From Candidatus Enterosoma merdigallinarum (GTDB lineage: Bacteria; Bacillota_I; Bacilli_A; RFN20; CAG-288): a DNA stretch of 64,000 nt. The position numbers and the translations under genes are program-made. Position 1 is the first letter of the stretch. Each line of letters starts with the position of its first letter. Positions 62,865 to 64,000 of this stretch are shown here, one piece after another. Under the pieces are notes generated by a model. It searched no databases. It was given only the letters and a program-made list of their open reading frames with translations, and was not told the origin of the DNA. The stretch lies in contig DVNL01000010.1 in assembly GCA_018714385.1 (NCBI GenBank), forward strand, positions 6,664 to 70,663. Reading direction: 5' to 3'.

Positions 62865-64000
62865 ATGAATTACAGAATCGACAAGAAAACAAAAATCGTC
62901 TGTACTATCGGACCTGCCAGCCAAAGAAAAGAAGTGCTCACAAAGCTTCTCCAAAACGGCATGACATGCATGCGGCTCAATTTCTCTCATGGCGATCATG
63001 AGGAACAGCTCAACAAGATTACGACTCTTCGCGAAATCGAAAAAGAAGAAAACATCATCATCCCCATCTGCTTGGATACCAAGGGACCCGAAATTCGAAC
63101 GGGAAAGTTCGAAGGCGGCAAAGCGGCTTTCATGACCGGCGAAGAAGTCCGAATTTATATGGGAACGGAACGTCTTGGAACCAACAAGGCTTTTGGTGTC
63201 ACCTATACCGGCCTCTATGACGATGTCACGGTCGGTTCGAATATCCGCCTCGACGACGGAAATCTTGTCTTGGAGTGTGTGGGCAAAGATTCCGCGACCC
63301 ATGAGCTAATCATGAAAGTTCTCAACGATCACGTTTGCAATGATCGGAGAGGAGTCAACTGTCCTGGAGCCCATCTTTCCATGGATTATCTTTCTGAACA
63401 GGATAAAGCCGACCTCATTTTCGGTTGCCAGAATCATGTCGACCTCTGCTCGGCTTCGTTTGTCCGAAACGTCAACGATATCCGCGAGATCCGAAAGCTC
63501 TTCAAAGAGCATGGCGGCGAAAACATTCTCATCTTCTCCAAGGTGGAAAACACCGAGGCCATCGAGAATTTGGATGCCATCATCGAAGAATCCGACGGAA
63601 TCATGATTGCGCGTGGCGATCTGGGCATCGAAATTCCACCCGAAACGGTCCCCGTCTACCAGAAGCTCATGATCCAGAAGTGCCGTCGGCTTGGCAAGCC
63701 TGTCATCACGGCGACGCAAATGCTCGACTCTATGACTCACAACCCCTATCCCACTCGTGCCGAGGTGTCTGACGTTGCTTGGTCTATTGAAGAAGGAACG
63801 GATGCCGTCATGCTCTCGGGAGAATCGGCAAACGGCGAGTATCCTGTCGAATCCGTCCAGATGCAAGCCCGTATCAGTCGTGTCATGGAAGCAAGTTTCG
63901 ATTATGAGGCCTCCAGCCATCAGGCGTTCGACTCCTCTCGAAAAACGACAAACGATGCCATCGCCGCTGCCGTCGCCGATACCGCCCAGCTGGTTAACGC
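62865..64000 (+). CDS. pyk: Pyruvate kinase (partial, continues off the right edge)
   Basis: My own translation from ATG 62865 gives MNYRIDKKTKIVCTIGPASQ...MRLNFSHGDHEEQ...DTKGPEIRTG...MIARGDLGIEIP...ATQMLDSM...MLSGESANG. It is not in the ORF track because there is no stop in the window. The minus ORFs 62832..63302 and 63306..63920 are its shadows. Confidence 0.93.
   Translation, partial: MNYRIDKKTKIVCTIGPASQRKEVLTKLLQNGMTCMRLNFSHGDHEEQLNKITTLREIEKEENIIIPICLDTKGPEIRTGKFEGGKAAFMTGEEVRIYMGTERLGTNKAFGVTYTGLYDDVTVGSNIRLDDGNLVLECVGKDSATHELIMKVLNDHVCNDRRGVNCPGAHLSMDYLSEQDKADLIFGCQNHVDLCSASFVRNVNDIREIRKLFKEHGGENILIFSKVENTEAIENLDAIIEESDGIMIARGDLGIEIPPETVPVYQKLMIQKCRRLGKPVITATQMLDSMTHNPYPTRAEVSDVAWSIEEGTDAVMLSGESANGEYPVESVQMQARISRVMEASFDYEASSHQAFDSSRKTTNDAIAAAVADTAQLVN

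Noticed and set aside
62832-63920. Minus ORFs 62832..63302 and 63306..63920.
   Set aside because: They are antisense shadows of the pyruvate kinase gene. The pyk gene is absent from the ORF track only because it has no stop codon inside the window.
1-64000. Search for CRISPR arrays, IS elements or transposases, integrases other than XerD, toxin-antitoxin pairs, restriction-modification genes and known defence genes.
   Set aside because: There are no regularly spaced direct repeats. No transposase- or Cas-like ORF appears in the six-frame track. The only recombinase is a housekeeping-type XerD in conserved synteny.

Overview
This window is core chromosome from a Firmicutes/Bacilli-type bacterium. 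It uses the standard genetic code (TGA is a stop, Trp is TGG), and coding DNA is roughly 50% GC by eye. I call about 60 protein genes, one tRNA-His and one TPP riboswitch, plus several promoters and terminators readable by eye.

Gene order follows known Bacillus-type operon skeletons, but in streamlined form:
- yqeG-yqeH-nadD/yqeK-rsfS
- plsY next to parE-parC
- asp23-nusB-xseA-xseB-dxs-recN
- xerD-deoB
- apt-rel-hisS-aspS
- dnaG-rpoD-trmK-nif3
- ybeY-cdd-era-recO-glyQS
- dnaB-dnaI

Expected neighbours are absent (folD, ispA, argR, dtd, dgkA, aroD). Several adjacent functions are fused: YbeY~Cdd, NadD-like~YqeK, HIT~GNAT and GNAT~nucleoside phosphorylase. No T-box leader is visible upstream of four aaRS genes.

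I see no CRISPR array, no intact mobile element and no recognisable classical defence system. The things I consider most worth a second look are:
- A divergent pair of GNAT-containing fusion enzymes (5609-7708) next to an AT-rich, codon-usage-outlier islet at the 3' side of tRNA-His (7709-8688).
- A DnaI-like helicase loader with degenerate Walker A/B motifs.
- An EF-P whose conserved KPGKG loop is replaced by KTAMAK.
- A C39-peptidase/ABC-membrane protein without an ATPase domain.
- A 300-bp AT-rich convergent spacer carrying repeated TGGTACTA motifs.
- Three genes that look leaderless.

None of these is proven to be a new system. All function calls rest on my reading of the translated ORFs and motifs, not on database searches.
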